Below the pieces are notes generated by a model. That model ran no database searches, was not told where the DNA came from, and saw nothing but the letters and a program-made list of their open reading frames with translations. Made by a program: the position numbers and the translations under genes. Shown here piece by piece: positions 25,986-37,520 of a stretch of DNA of 64,000 nt. The first letter of the stretch is position 1, and each line of letters starts with the position of its first letter. The DNA comes from Pavona decussata (lineage: Eukaryota), in contig CDRNST010000257.1 in assembly GCA_977016875.1 (NCBI GenBank), forward strand, positions 310,001 to 374,000, in the 5' to 3' direction.

Positions 25986-26777
25986 ATGTACCATGATATG
26001 ACTGGAGGGAAAATGCAGCCGAGCACTTCACATGTGAGCATTGCACAGGAAAATGCTTTACTGGCCAGGTCCATGCAGGCAAGTGCTTCACAAGCAAGCA
26101 CTTCTTCATTGTCTTCGTCTTCGGTGTCTTTGTCTTCCCAATCATCTCCTGATCCTGAACCCGTAGACAATGGAAAACGATCTTATGAAAGATGGTCAGA
26201 CGACGAAGTAAAATGCTAATCAACCTGTGGACCGAGAATTTTGAACGCATCAACAGCAGTCAAGCCTGCAAAGCTTGGGATGACATTGCCAAGCAAATGA
26301 ATTTGAAATTTGGTACTAGACGAGCCACTAAAAAATTTCACAAGAAAATTGAATACCTCATCAAGCGTTACAAGAATTGCAAAGATAGGAATAGCAAACA
26401 AACAGGTGGTCACCTCAGAAACTCAGCCCACTTCGACAAGAATGATGCAGTTATGGGTTGCCGCGATATCCTCACTCTAAGCAACGTGAAGGAAGCTGGG
26501 AGCGCTGTCTTGGAACAAGAAGCGAATGTCCAAGATCAGGGGGATTGCGTTGAAAAGGAGGAGGCAAGAACATCGAGGAAAAACACCAAGAACAGAGAGA
26601 GAGAAGAGGAACACGATAATGAAGACAGAAAGATGTTTCAAGCCGCTTTTGCGGGCTTGGAAACCCAGCGTAAGGATATGAACGCTTTCGTGAATAATCT
26701 CACGAATACAAGAGCAACAGCTTACAACAATGAATGCTTTGGTGGGGGCACTCAGCAAGTTCTTGGAAAAACTGTAA
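25986..26777 (+). pseudogene. Harbinger Myb/SANT (trihelix) DNA-binding protein, frameshifted
   Basis: RWSDDEVK / LINLWTEN...KAWDDIA...KKIEYLIKRYK...TGG...HFD..DAVMG. Confidence 0.85.
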
Positions 26778-27165
26778 AACCGCATGCCTGGCCAGTCTTT
26801 TTCTTAGAACATTTCATTGAACACTTCTGGACATTCTCTGTTCCAGTTTACATGTGTTTGTTTATTTCATTCGATTTATATGCTATTTTAATGTTCCACA
26901 AGAACTGAAAATTTCACCAAATCGCACTTTCTACTTTTGGTATTCCTTTTTTATTTATTTTTTTGAGATTTCTTAGACATTTTTTGTGTACATTTTGATT
27001 ACATTTGATTAAATTTAGCTGAATGTTACACAAATATATTTTTTTTAATTCACGCAGAGTGATCTTTTTCGAAATAATTATTATTCATTAACTTAACCGA
27101 AACAAACTCGCTGTCCTTTCATTTTGAAATGGAAATGCAATCATGGCAGTATTGAAAAATAAAAT

Positions 27166-28350
27166 TCAATTACAAATAAAGAACTTTAGAATCTCCCTAA
27201 TATTGTCTCTATCACGAATAACATTGGGCCCTACATTAGGAGGACAGGGGTTGTCGTCATCATTATCTTCTTCCTCCCAGTTGTCCCCCCATTGGATGCA
27301 GAGGTTGTGGAGAACTGTGCAAGCTATTGCATTTTTAACTGCAAATTCAATGCTGCTATTGAAACGTTTCTGCAATACTCTCCATTGACTCTTAAGCCAA
27401 ATGAACATTCGACTTTAACTCTCGCAGAAGAAAGTTGTTTGTTGAATTTAATTTCATCACGATCTCTAGTACCTTGAGGATATGGTTTCATCAACCAGGG
27501 GCTAAGTGGATATGCACTATCTCCAACTATGTATGGGCCCAGTTCGTTACGATTTATGTGAACAGTTGGTGCAGAAAGAATTTCTCCTCGCTCAGCTTTT
27601 CTAAAAATTGCGCTGCGCCACAAAACGCAGGCGTTATGCACGCTTCTGGGATAGCCATATGCAAAATCTAAGAACAGTTTTTGACCATTAACTACTGCCT
27701 GGATAATAAAGTCATTCTTTTGATATCTAGTAAAATAATCGACTGCATTGTTCTTTGGTGCTTTTATTCTTACGTGCGAGCCATCAATCGCACCAACTAT
27801 GAGAGGTCTTCGAAAGTTTCTGTAGCTGCCAGAGTTTCTGCTTCAGTTTCCGGAAATTTGATGTACTCGTGGCGTAATTCGTACAAGGCTTCCACCACAT
27901 CTTGTACAGCCTCAATCACTGTTGCTCTACCAACATTAAAAGACGGCCCAATGCTTACATACGCATTCTCATGACCCAGGCGGTAGAGTCCTAATACAAG
28001 AACTTTTTCTGGTGCCAATGGCCCTCTAAAACGCGAATGTTGCCATACTAAATGGTGTCCCAGAATGTTTAAAATGCGGTTGAATGAATTTCTTGTAACT
28101 CGAAGCTGCTGACGAAAAAAGTCTCCTGTACTATTAAGTCGTAGTAGTGGAGATCAAACCATGACTCAACCCGATGGGGAACTGAACAGGCACATGGTGA
28201 TCAAGCTATTCTTCGTCGACGTCGATTTCCTCGTCTGATCATGGCCACTGTTAAAACCCTCAAACATTTGTCTGCCCATCCTTCGTACATCATACGAAAG
28301 ACAACAAACTGCTGTAGGTTAAGCTGAACAAACAGAAGGAGAATCACCAT
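27166..28350 (-). pseudogene. Harbinger (HARBI1-like) DDE transposase, degenerate
   Basis: PEKVLVLGLYRL, YIKFP, GAIDGSHV, YIVGDSAYPL, FNKQLSSARVKVECSFG, ACTVLHNLC. Confidence 0.92.
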
Positions 28351-28649
28351 GATAATTATGAGCACTCCTTCAATCGGGATGCATACTTGTTTTGGTTAAG
28401 ATCGCGATATGTTTTTCGAAAGCACGTGGGTAAACAACGTGGTCAACTTTAATAATGACAATACTACCTCCCACTAGTGCGACCCTCCGTTTCTGTCTAA
28501 AGGTTTCCTCTTCCGGTGGCAGTTTCAATTTCTTTTTTTTTTTTTTAGCTGGCAAAGATGAAAACTTTTCCCAAGTGTGACCCATGCTTTATGAGTGATC
28601 TTTAATTGTTTTTTCATGCCTATGCTCAGTTTTTCAAACGGTGTACAGG

Positions 28650-28770
28650 TCTGGGCGTGAAAAACTTGTGCTTAAGGACTTGAAGCAGCTGTTTCAAGAA
28701 GGTGTGCTAACTGATGCAGAATATTCTACACAAGAGGAAAACATTTAGAAAACATCTACTTAAGTAGTAC
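28650..28770 (+). pseudogene. SHOCT-like short C-terminal domain fragment
   Basis: LKDLKQLFQEGVLTDAEYSTQEENI fits the L..L...G.LT..E(F/Y) pattern. Confidence 0.5.
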
Positions 28771-30049
28771 TCTAAAAACTAGATTTATTGTTTGAACAGT
28801 TTCATTTACCTGGCTAATATTAAAGCAAATAGGCCGGCTCTTTTATAAAAAGATGATATACTGCAGTCTATACTAACAATTACCCTTTGTACCATTTAGT
28901 GCAAGTACCCTTTGCAGAGTTGCAGAGTATAGCCTTGACCGGAACTGTTCAGTGTTGTATTATTACCGGATGCGATATATTATGGATACATTAGTAGTGA
29001 TGTTTTACTGATTGACATCTTGAAATCGGATAACTGAGATGACACGGTTGTTATGCAAGACCTTTTAAAAGAGATCAGTTGGAGGGAATGTGATAGCCAG
29101 TGGTTAGAGAATTAAATGTGGAATTATACAACCAGCGAGTATTGAGTGTACCTTCAACTCCGTACAGTCTGATACCCAGGCGTCAACTAGTGTTTCATAA
29201 GCTGAGTTGGCTAAATTGGGCAATATTATGTGAGAATGAGCTGGGTACTTATTTCATTACTCAAAGTGTACATTGAAAAGCGAAATAAATTCTGTGCCCA
29301 ACAAATTATAACTTTTTTGCTATAGATGTACCACTATGTGTCACCAAAGAAATCAAGATACAAAAATCTTGCTGACTTTTGTTACCTCTGCATATCTCGA
29401 TAACATACATTTTCTCAATTGATTCTCCTATATAGCCAACTCCCTCCCAACTATCCGACCACGGCCACTCATTTTGGCAATTATACTCTTCTTTGTGAAG
29501 ACACCGAGAAGAATACCGAAACAGACTCTATCAACGATGCAACACTTCTCTCTTCTGAGTGTTGCTTTTTAGATAGAGTGGCACATCCACAGCTGTCATC
29601 TTCAAGTGAGGCGACAAATAAGCAGAAAAGAATGCAAGAGGACCAACACCAGGAGGAGAGGAGTGTGTGCAAAGGTGGAAGAAAGCGTTTTTAATCAATA
29701 TTATTTGAACCAACTCAATTTACATCAGCCCAAACAAAAAACGTTAGCTCAATTTTACGCTCCTATAAGGGCATTTCACTTGCTAATTGCTCTGTTTACA
29801 GCTTGCAGGGGCTGGTTATGTTTATATCTCCGTTTAAGTAAAAATCTGCCGACTTGAACAATGGAAAAAATTCCTGTCCACCAGTAAAACAAAATTACTC
29901 TGCCTTCCAAATAGCCGAGAGACAAAAGAAGTCAGTGAAATCGCTTCCGCATGAAACATTTTATGGACTGAAAAGGGAGATCATTGAAGCTCCTTTAATA
30001 CTTTTTAGAAAACTTAACTAGATTGTGACCGTTCAATTCAACATAATCA

Positions 30050-30415
30050 GGCCCAGGTCAAACTCTGTACTTCATATCAGCCGAACTTAATGGCTGCTTA
30101 GGTCGACCCAAATAAGTTCAGTTCGCCTTTTCTGTCAAGCGTAGAACTTAATTCAGCCAAAGTTAACCAGATCATAAAAATAAAGATCGAGGCTAAGTTA
30201 TACATCGATAAACATTACTATGATAATGCATTTGGTTCGGCTCACGTAAACATTGGCGTCTGACCCGAACTCTATCATCAGCCATTATCCCCACTTGGCT
30301 AGCCATAAAGAACACCTCAGCCAATCCAAAAGAAATCAGTCGAACTTAATTGAGTCAAACTCTGTACTTTACACTAACTTACCGACTGAGTTTAGTTCGG
30401 CTCATGACCTGGGCC
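30050..30415. mobile_element. Harbinger-type MITE
   Basis: TIR GGCCCAGGTCA/TGACCTGGGCC with a 3-bp TSD (TCA) on both sides. Confidence 0.8.
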
Positions 30416-30661
30416 TCAATTTGTTATTTTTGTTATGAAGTGATTTTTCAAAACACTCAGTATAGTTTTGTTGTTTGAGTTGAATCTGAATACTTGTGTC
30501 TGTATTATTGAGGTGACAGACATTGCATTTGTATATGGGTTCATAACAGACATTCATATTTTTTTGGTCTCTAGTGGGTCATGGTTCTTTGACTTGGTCT
30601 GAGTACTACAAAGTGACTTATCCAAAATTCAAACTGGTGAGTTACAACATATTTGTGTTAA

Positions 30662-30749
30662 CCCTTTCACTCCCAAGAGTGACCTTTAGATTTTACTCTG
30701 TCTAATGCCAGACCATTTCACTCATCAAAGGGAGACCCCTAGGAAAAGG
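30662..30749. mobile_element. Tiny piggyBac-type MITE
   Basis: TTAA-CCCTTTC ... GAAAAGG-TTAA. Confidence 0.65.
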
Positions 30750-30860
30750 TTAAAATACCATTATTTTGACCTTAATCTCACTAGCTACGGAAATTGTGTT
30801 AATAAGAAATTTGTATGAATTCAGTTAACAAGTAACAAGTCATAATTATTTCCTCATCAG

Positions 30861-31399
30861 ATTATGCTCAGCAAATGAAGAAAGACCTTTTCAGTGTCAA
30901 GTCAAAATCAGAGCTGAAAAAAGTTTCAGAGAAGTACAGTGCCAAGGTCCCAACTTCTTTGACATCTCAGTTTCAAAATAGACTCAAGAAATCTGATGCT
31001 TTTCAAAAGTACAGAAAGAAACGGAAAAGAGAATTGACAACTCTATAATCTACAGGCAAAATGTTTACACTTATGTAAGTAGAGACAAACCAGGAGAGTT
31101 ATGCACTTAGTGGGTCAGTAATAAATTCACATTTTGTACTGTAGAATGAAGAATTTCACTTCATTCAATCCTTTGAACCAGCTTATAATAATTAACTAAT
31201 AATAATTATTGCCTAGTGCACCCTTCAAATTTTCGTTTTTGCTATTTTTCTTTCAGCTGAAGAACAAGAGGTTTTGCAGTCAAGCACCCAAACTGTGATT
31301 AAGATACCATCTACAAGACAGAGAAAACAAGCCAAATGTCGCAAATGTGAAAATCCAATGAAAGGACACATAGCCAGTCTCTGTAGAACAAGCAACTAG
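30861..31399 (+). pseudogene. Last two exons of a transposase-like gene with a zinc knuckle (possibly Kolobok-type)
   Basis: Exon YAQQMKKDLF...KVPTSLTSQFQNRLKK, then exon 31257-31399 ending CRKCENPMKGHIASLC. Both follow AG acceptors. Family assignment is from memory only. Confidence 0.45.
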
Positions 31400-31469
31400 T
31401 TTCTTAAGATTGAAACTGCGCAAAAAAAGAAATTGTCACAAAAGGCAAAGTTGTTTCTGTTTTCACGCA

Positions 31470-32390
31470 ACACACGCGAGCAGAACATGCAATGCAAGGC
31501 CGATAAATGCAAAGGACTTATCATTGATTTTAAGAAGAACAAGCAAGCTTTCAGCCCCATCGTGGTTGGTGGAAATGAACTCTCTGTTGTAAATAGTGCT
31601 AGGATACTAGGGGTTACAATATCATATAATCTCAAGTAGAACAAACGTGTAAGTGTGTCCATTAAGAAATGTAATAAGCACTTGTATTTTTTGGTCCTTC
31701 TTATGAGAGCTGGTGTTAGTTGTAAGTACATTGTTAATTTCTACAGTATGGTTATAAGACCCGTATTAGAATACTGCTCACCGATTTTCCACCATATTCT
31801 ACCTGAGTATCTCAGTGAGGACCTTGAGCGCTTTCAGAAGAGGGGTCTGTTTATAATATCACCCGAAGAATCATACAATCAATGTTTAGATAGCTTTGGA
31901 CTCAGAACCTAACGTGATAGGCGTGACGACCGTTGCCCTAAGCTATTCAATAGTATCTCCTCTGGCCAACACAGCCTAGGGCACCTGCTCCCTCAGAAAC
32001 ATTGAGGTCGATAAAACATAAGAAACGAGAGTATATATGAACTGCCTTAATTTTACACAGAACACTTCAAACAATCTTTTATTCTGGCCATGTGTGGCCG
32101 AGACAATAGCAATTTATGTAAATAGCAATCAGTCCTGAACTCATTTTTATCGTTTTTTTTTTATTCTTCCATTTTCCCAATTTTAAACATTTTTGCATTA
32201 TTTACTTTTTTTATTATTAATAGGTTTGTGATTAGTTGATAGTGATTTTAGTACTGTTACTGTAATGATCTATAGCAAATAGCATTCTTATTGTAATATC
32301 TATTGTAAATATTAGTTTTTTTGGATTGCAAAGCACCATTGATCATTGTAATGTTAAAGGGCGCTTTATAAGTAAATAAATTATTAATTA
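31470..32390 (+). mobile_element. CR1/L2-group LINE 3' fragment
   Basis: ILGVTIS.NLK, LYFL..L, IRPVLEYCSPIFH..LP.YLSEDLERFQKR, then an AT-rich 3' UTR. Confidence 0.88.
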
Positions 32391-32478
32391 AACGAAGAAG
32401 CAAAGACTTAGAAAAACATTTGACTATAAAAAATTGCGATAAAACATTTCGTAAAAACATTATAAAAAGGTTAAAAAA

Positions 32479-32515
32479 CACGACGTTTCGATGTACATTA
32501 CATCATTATCAAGTG
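32479..32515 (-). ncRNA. Minimal variant hammerhead ribozyme (pLTR)
   Basis: CAC-TTGATAAT-GATGTA-ATG-TACATC-GAAAC-GTC-GTG. Confidence 0.7.
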
Positions 32516-32601
32516 AAATTAAAAATGCAAGATTGCGGCTATAAATACAAAAATGGACAATAGATATTAATTAAAATAGTAGCATTGAAGAATGCTACCG
32601 G

Positions 32602-34299
32602 TTAAACAAAAAGTTTCGCACGTATAGAGTCCGTTTGAGTGTTCAAGCAAGGCTTAAGTTTCTTGATGTACAGCATTTCAAATACCAAACAATCAAATTT
32701 GCTCTGACACTTTCTCAAGATGTTAAAATGGCCCTGATTCAATAGGTGTTTGCTCCCGTGAGCTTCAAGAAAATGTTTGCCAATTGCCGAGTTCTTGTGC
32801 TCAGCAACGCGTTGAAAAAGGTGTCTGGCTGTATAGCCGACATAATCTGCATCGCACAGATCACACGAAAAATAGTAAACAACGCATTGCTGATTCACAA
32901 TCGACGGCTTAACTTCCCTAGGCTTAAGATCATGTTCTAATTTCCTACTAACAAAAACTGGCTGCAATATGGGGCCAATCTTATTACTTAGGTCGTTAAA
33001 TTGCCTGCGAACCGCATTGGCAGCTACTTGATCCTTAAAAGGAAGGATAATTCTGATCTTACGACCGCCTTCAGGCTTCTCTTCCGCTGCCTGTTCCGAT
33101 ACATTACGAAGAAAATTACTAATGATGGAATCTATGAGAGCCCTAGGATAATCTAGGCGACTGAAAATTGAGCGCAATTTGTTACATTCTAAATTGAAAG
33201 CTTCTGTTGTGGAACATAGAGCGTACGCGCGATGTAACATTGTTTTCACTAAAGACACCTTGTATCGTTTGTCGGTATGGCTATGGTAATGCAAGAGTAA
33301 GCCACTGTTCGTTTGTTTCCTGTAAACTTGAGTTTCAAGTTTAGTCCCACACTTGATGATTTCAATGCCAATAAAAGGAATCCTACCACTGACAGGGAGT
33401 TCCATTGTAAATTTCATGCTGGGATGGAGACCATTCAGAGTATTGAGAAACTCAGAGGCAGCGTCACCACTAGGCATTTTAGCCAGGGTATCATCCACGT
33501 AACGTTTGTACAGGTCAGGCATCAGACCATCACGGGAGAGCTTCTCTTCCAGGTGACACATAAAAACATTAGCCATCAGAGGACCAAGAGGGGAGCCCAT
33601 GGCCACCCCATCAGTCTGTTCGTACAAAAGACCATTGAACTGGAAAAGCTGGTTGGTTGTAGCAATTTCCAGTAATTTGGCAAGCTGATCCTTCTGCAAG
33701 TTAAGGCCGTAGGTCTTGTTGAACCAATCGTTGGTGAACGCTTTGTGGACTAGGATGTTAATCGTCTCACTCAAAGGTACGTTGGTGAAAAGTGATGTCA
33801 CATCATAGGAGACTAAGATGTCATCCTCATTCACGGAAATGGTACGGATTTCATCAGCAAAAGCAAAGGCATCAGTGATTGTGTAGTCATTGATGGAGAG
33901 TGGCTTAAGTTTCTCTTCGAGCCATTTGGCGAGATTGTAATTGTAGGCGCCAGTTGCTGATAAAATGGGTCTCATACTCAGTGTGGCTTTATGGGTCTTC
34001 GGAAGGCCATACAAGTGTGACAATCTGGAACTCTTCGGAGAAAGCGAGTTAGCGATCTCTTCAGGTAGAATTTGACGTAAGGCTGTGCGCAACTCTTTTT
34101 CTTTCTGTAAGAGCGGGTGGAAATGTTGAGCTGGACGTCCACGCCTCTTTGGTCGCTTTTCATCAACATGTACGAACTTAGAAGTGTTATCGATTGAAGC
34201 AGCGCTTAGAAGACGGATGTATTCGGTCTTGTCCATTACCACTACGCCAGAACCTTTATCAGGCTTGGTGATTATGATGTCGTCACGTTTCTTCAAGCA
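32602..34299 (-). CDS. Penelope reverse transcriptase plus GIY-YIG endonuclease (open but N-terminally truncated)
   Basis: KPDKG, LYGLPKTHK, SYDVTSLFTNVP, GVAMGSPLGP, RYVDD, VVYYFSCDLCDADYVGYT. The first ~43 aa of the listed ORF come from the inverted arm. Confidence 0.95.
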   Translation of the reverse strand, partial: CLKKRDDIIITKPDKGSGVVVMDKTEYIRLLSAASIDNTSKFVHVDEKRPKRRGRPAQHFHPLLQKEKELRTALRQILPEEIANSLSPKSSRLSHLYGLPKTHKATLSMRPILSATGAYNYNLAKWLEEKLKPLSINDYTITDAFAFADEIRTISVNEDDILVSYDVTSLFTNVPLSETINILVHKAFTNDWFNKTYGLNLQKDQLAKLLEIATTNQLFQFNGLLYEQTDGVAMGSPLGPLMANVFMCHLEEKLSRDGLMPDLYKRYVDDTLAKMPSGDAASEFLNTLNGLHPSMKFTMELPVSGRIPFIGIEIIKCGTKLETQVYRKQTNSGLLLHYHSHTDKRYKVSLVKTMLHRAYALCSTTEAFNLECNKLRSIFSRLDYPRALIDSIISNFLRNVSEQAAEEKPEGGRKIRIILPFKDQVAANAVRRQFNDLSNKIGPILQPVFVSRKLEHDLKPREVKPSIVNQQCVVYYFSCDLCDADYVGYTARHLFQRVAEHKNSAIGKHFLEAHGSKHLLNQGHFNILRKCQSKFDCLVFEMLYIKKLKPCLNTQTDSIRAKLFV

Positions 34300-35119
34300 A
34301 AACTCAAGTTTACAGGAAACAAACGAACAGTTGCTTACTCTTGCATTACCATAGCCATACCGACAAACGATACAAGGTGTCTTTAGTGAAAACAATGTTA
34401 CATTGCGCGTACGCTCTATGTTCCACAACAGAAGCTTTCAATTTAGAATGTAACAAATTGCGCTCAATTTTCAGTCGCCTAGATTATCCTAGGGCTCTCA
34501 TAGATTCCATCATTAGTAATTTTCTTCGTAATGTATCGGAACAGGCAGCGGAAGAGAAGCCTGAAGGCGGTCGTAAGATCAGAATTATCCTTCCTTTTAA
34601 GGATCAAGTAGCTGCCAATGCGGTTCGCAGGCAATTTAACGACCTAAGTAATAAGATTGGCCCCATATTGCAGCCAGTTTTTGTTAGTAGGAAATTAGAA
34701 CATGATCTTAAGCCTAGGGAAGTTAAGCCGTCGATTGTGAATCAGCAATGCGTTGTTTACTATTTTTTGTGTGATCTGTGCGATGCAGATTATGTCGGCT
34801 ATACAGCCAGACACCTTTTTCAACGCGTTGCTGAGCACAAGAACTCGGCAATTGGCAAACATTTTCTTGAAGCTCACGGGAGCAAACACCTATTGAATCA
34901 GGGCCATTTTAACATCTTGAGAAAGTGTCAGAGCAAATTTGATTGTTTGGTATTTGAAATGCTGTACATCAAGAAACTTAAGCCTTGCTTGAACACTCAA
35001 ACGGACTCTATACGTGCGAAACTTTTTGTTTAACCGGTAGCATTCTTCAATGCTACTATTTTAATTAATATCTATTGTCCATTTTTGTATTTATAGCCGC
35101 AATCTTGCATTTTTAATTT

Positions 35120-35156
35120 CACTTGATAATGATGTAATGTACATCGAAACGTTGTG
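35120..35156 (+). ncRNA. Minimal variant hammerhead ribozyme (inverted copy)
   Basis: Same motif, with the cleavage triplet changed from GTC to GTT. Confidence 0.65.
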
Positions 35157-35229
35157 TTTTTTAACCTTTTTATAATGTTTTTACGAAATGTTTTATCGCA
35201 ATTTTTTATAGTCAAAAAATTATTAATTA

Positions 35230-35322
35230 TTATTAATTATAGTGCAGAATTTTTAAATATTCTTAATATTTATGTAAATAATTATACAATTCAGCCTTTT
35301 GGCTGCAATATGATTTTTTTTA

Positions 35323-35361
<39 letters not shown>
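35230..35361 (+). repeat. LINE-type 3' tail ending in (CTAT)n
   Basis: CAGCC-TTTT-GGCTG hairpin followed by about 9 CTAT units (35323-35360). Confidence 0.7.
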
Positions 35362-36914
35362 GAATCCTTCCTCTCTTTCAAGAGTCACTGGCCACACGCT
35401 GGACCCTGGAAAACACTGGTATGTGGTCACCAAATGTCGGTGTGCTTTAAGGCCAAAAGAGTTTGCTGGAATCTAAATTTTTCTTCATTTTCCAAACGAA
35501 ATACAGTCTGTGGCACCAAAAGATCTGAAGCCCACCATGCAAGGTTGTGACTTCAACAGACACCTGAGCCATCTGTACGTCGTATCTTCATTTGGTTTTT
35601 GTGCTGGATTACTTCGACAGTGACAGTTAGCTTCAGACAGGTTCGCACATTCTGAGCAATTTGCCTCTATTATGGACACGCTAAATGGAATTGATCTGTG
35701 TGACTCCCCATTTAGTTTTGGCAGTAAGAGCTCCACATCGGATCTCGGTGCCCAAGAAATGGAAATGTTGAAGTCCACACTTGCCGAACTAGAGTCAAAG
35801 ATCAAGGAACTGGAAAATATAATAGACCTTGTTCCAAACCAGGTTCAAAAGACTTTTTGAAGAAGATTCGACAAACTGATTTTCATGTAAATACCAGTTG
35901 CCCTTGTAGTTTTGAGGTACCTTATAATAACTCCCTAAATATATCGTCGGTACACCAAACTAGGACCTCAAACTCTACTGCAGATACATATAAAGGATAG
36001 ATGTCAAAAGTTGTACTGGCACTTTTTTGGGATGTCAGTTAGTTGTGTTATACGACTTCGTTGAAATTTGCTAATTTGACAAATTTGCCTATTTGGAAAA
36101 CTAAGCAGGGTTTCATCTGTTGTTGACAACTGGAGTGATCTATCTATCTCATATGTAAAAATTAGAGTAATCAGAGGGAAAATTAGATTTTTTTGCCAGT
36201 GTTTAATATTTTAAAATACACAATATTACTAACCAAGAGAGACTGCCGATGTGACCTTTAGGAATAGGTTTTCTGGAAAACTAGACACTGACTGAGCATG
36301 TATTTGATTTTTATTGAAAGCATCAGCCCAAATTTTTTTTGCCGGTTCAAATATCCAAAAATAAAATGTTTCGGGACTACTATAGATTCACATATCCGAC
36401 AAAATAAATGGATTGGAATAAGCTTACCTATTTGTATTACCGTTGTCGAAGGGCTGTTTCTCCAAGTAGATGTCACATGGCCTTCCGTCATTGCTTTACC
36501 CCTTCAATTTACCTCAAGACGGCAGTGGGTCCAAAGTGTATTGAACTCCATTATTTCTATGATTATCAACCTGCTCAGTCCAAAACGGTGTGCTGTGACC
36601 TGCGGCAATCATGAAATCCAGGGTGGTGAAACCATAGCAATAAAGAGTCTCTTACAAAGTGAAGTAAGCAAATCAGTTGAAAACTACGCTCAAAATGGAA
36701 TAAGACAAATATCATGAAAGGATAAATGGCATCTTTATATCAAATTCAAAGCAAAGACAGTTATCTCGCAAACCCAGTTCTCAGTTAAATAATACTCATT
36801 AGAATATTTACTGAAATGAACAACATTTCGGAGCGGACAGTTTTCTTTCATATTTCTGAAATGTGGCTGTAAACGGAAAGCTAATACGCCTGATCAGAAG
36901 AAATAAAATGTCTT

Positions 36915-37296
36915 ACACTTTCTCACTTTTGGTTGGTGGAAAATGTGGGTGTGATTCAAGAAGTAGGATTCCATCATGTAGGATCATACCTCTCGTATCG
37001 TGCAGCAAGAGTATATCAAGTCACAACAAATTGTTGAAAAATTTGTAGACGTGAGAAGGAAGTTGAGCTTATACTAGCAAGAAGTGCCTGTTTTCAAACA
37101 CCACCGAACATCCAAGAAATGACCATATGTCCCTTGCACTGTGAACGTTTGGGTATTGGTTGGCAGAGATCGATCAGGTTATGTAGTGTGCCACAGAGAC
37201 TTTCGGACTATAGTGAAGACTCAAACAAATTAGCTGAGAGGGGCTGTACCCTGGATCAATCAAAATTCATATTTGAAACCACTGGAGAATTCATCC
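36915..37296 (+). pseudogene. Degenerate Cys/His-rich coding fragment cut by the Copia insertion
   Basis: ELILARSA.F...MTICPLHCERLGIGWQR..CSVP; probably the N-terminus of a transposon protein. Confidence 0.4.
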
Positions 37297-37520
37297 TGTT
37301 AAGATACAAACTCAACTTATGTAAACCCGAAGTGCTTTATGTAGACTGGAAGTAGTTGTAAGCTCAACACCAGGTTGAGGCCATGTATTGCACCATATTG
37401 AGTTCTCTCAGGAGTCCATGCTGTGATGTAGAAGCTTTTGTCGTGTACCAATAAAAGCTGAGTTCCAGTTGATGTCTCTGATGTTTTACTCCGCCGAAGA
37501 ACATGGCCACGCTCACAACA
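37297..37520 (+). repeat. Copia 5' LTR (224 bp, TG...CA)
   Basis: TGTT...AACA termini, an internal AATAAA, and the PBS directly after it. Confidence 0.8.

Larger units (their letters stand above)
25619..28588. mobile_element. Harbinger/PIF DNA transposon, near full length
   Basis: TIRs GCATGGGTCGCACTTGGGAAA / TTTCCCAAGTGTGACCCATGC are flanked by TAA and TTA. The Myb/SANT and DDE transposase genes are convergent. Confidence 0.92.
32391..35216 (-). mobile_element. Young 5'-truncated Penelope (Poseidon-like) element with a ~915-bp inverted duplication
   Basis: Arms 32419-33335 and 34300-35215 are near-identical inverted copies. A candidate 13-bp TSD, AAATTATTAATTA, lies at 32378-32390 and 35217-35229. 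Confidence 0.95.

Noticed and set aside
34341-35033. 230-aa plus-strand ORF as an independent gene
   Set aside because: It is only the inverted duplicate of the Penelope C-terminus and has no true start.
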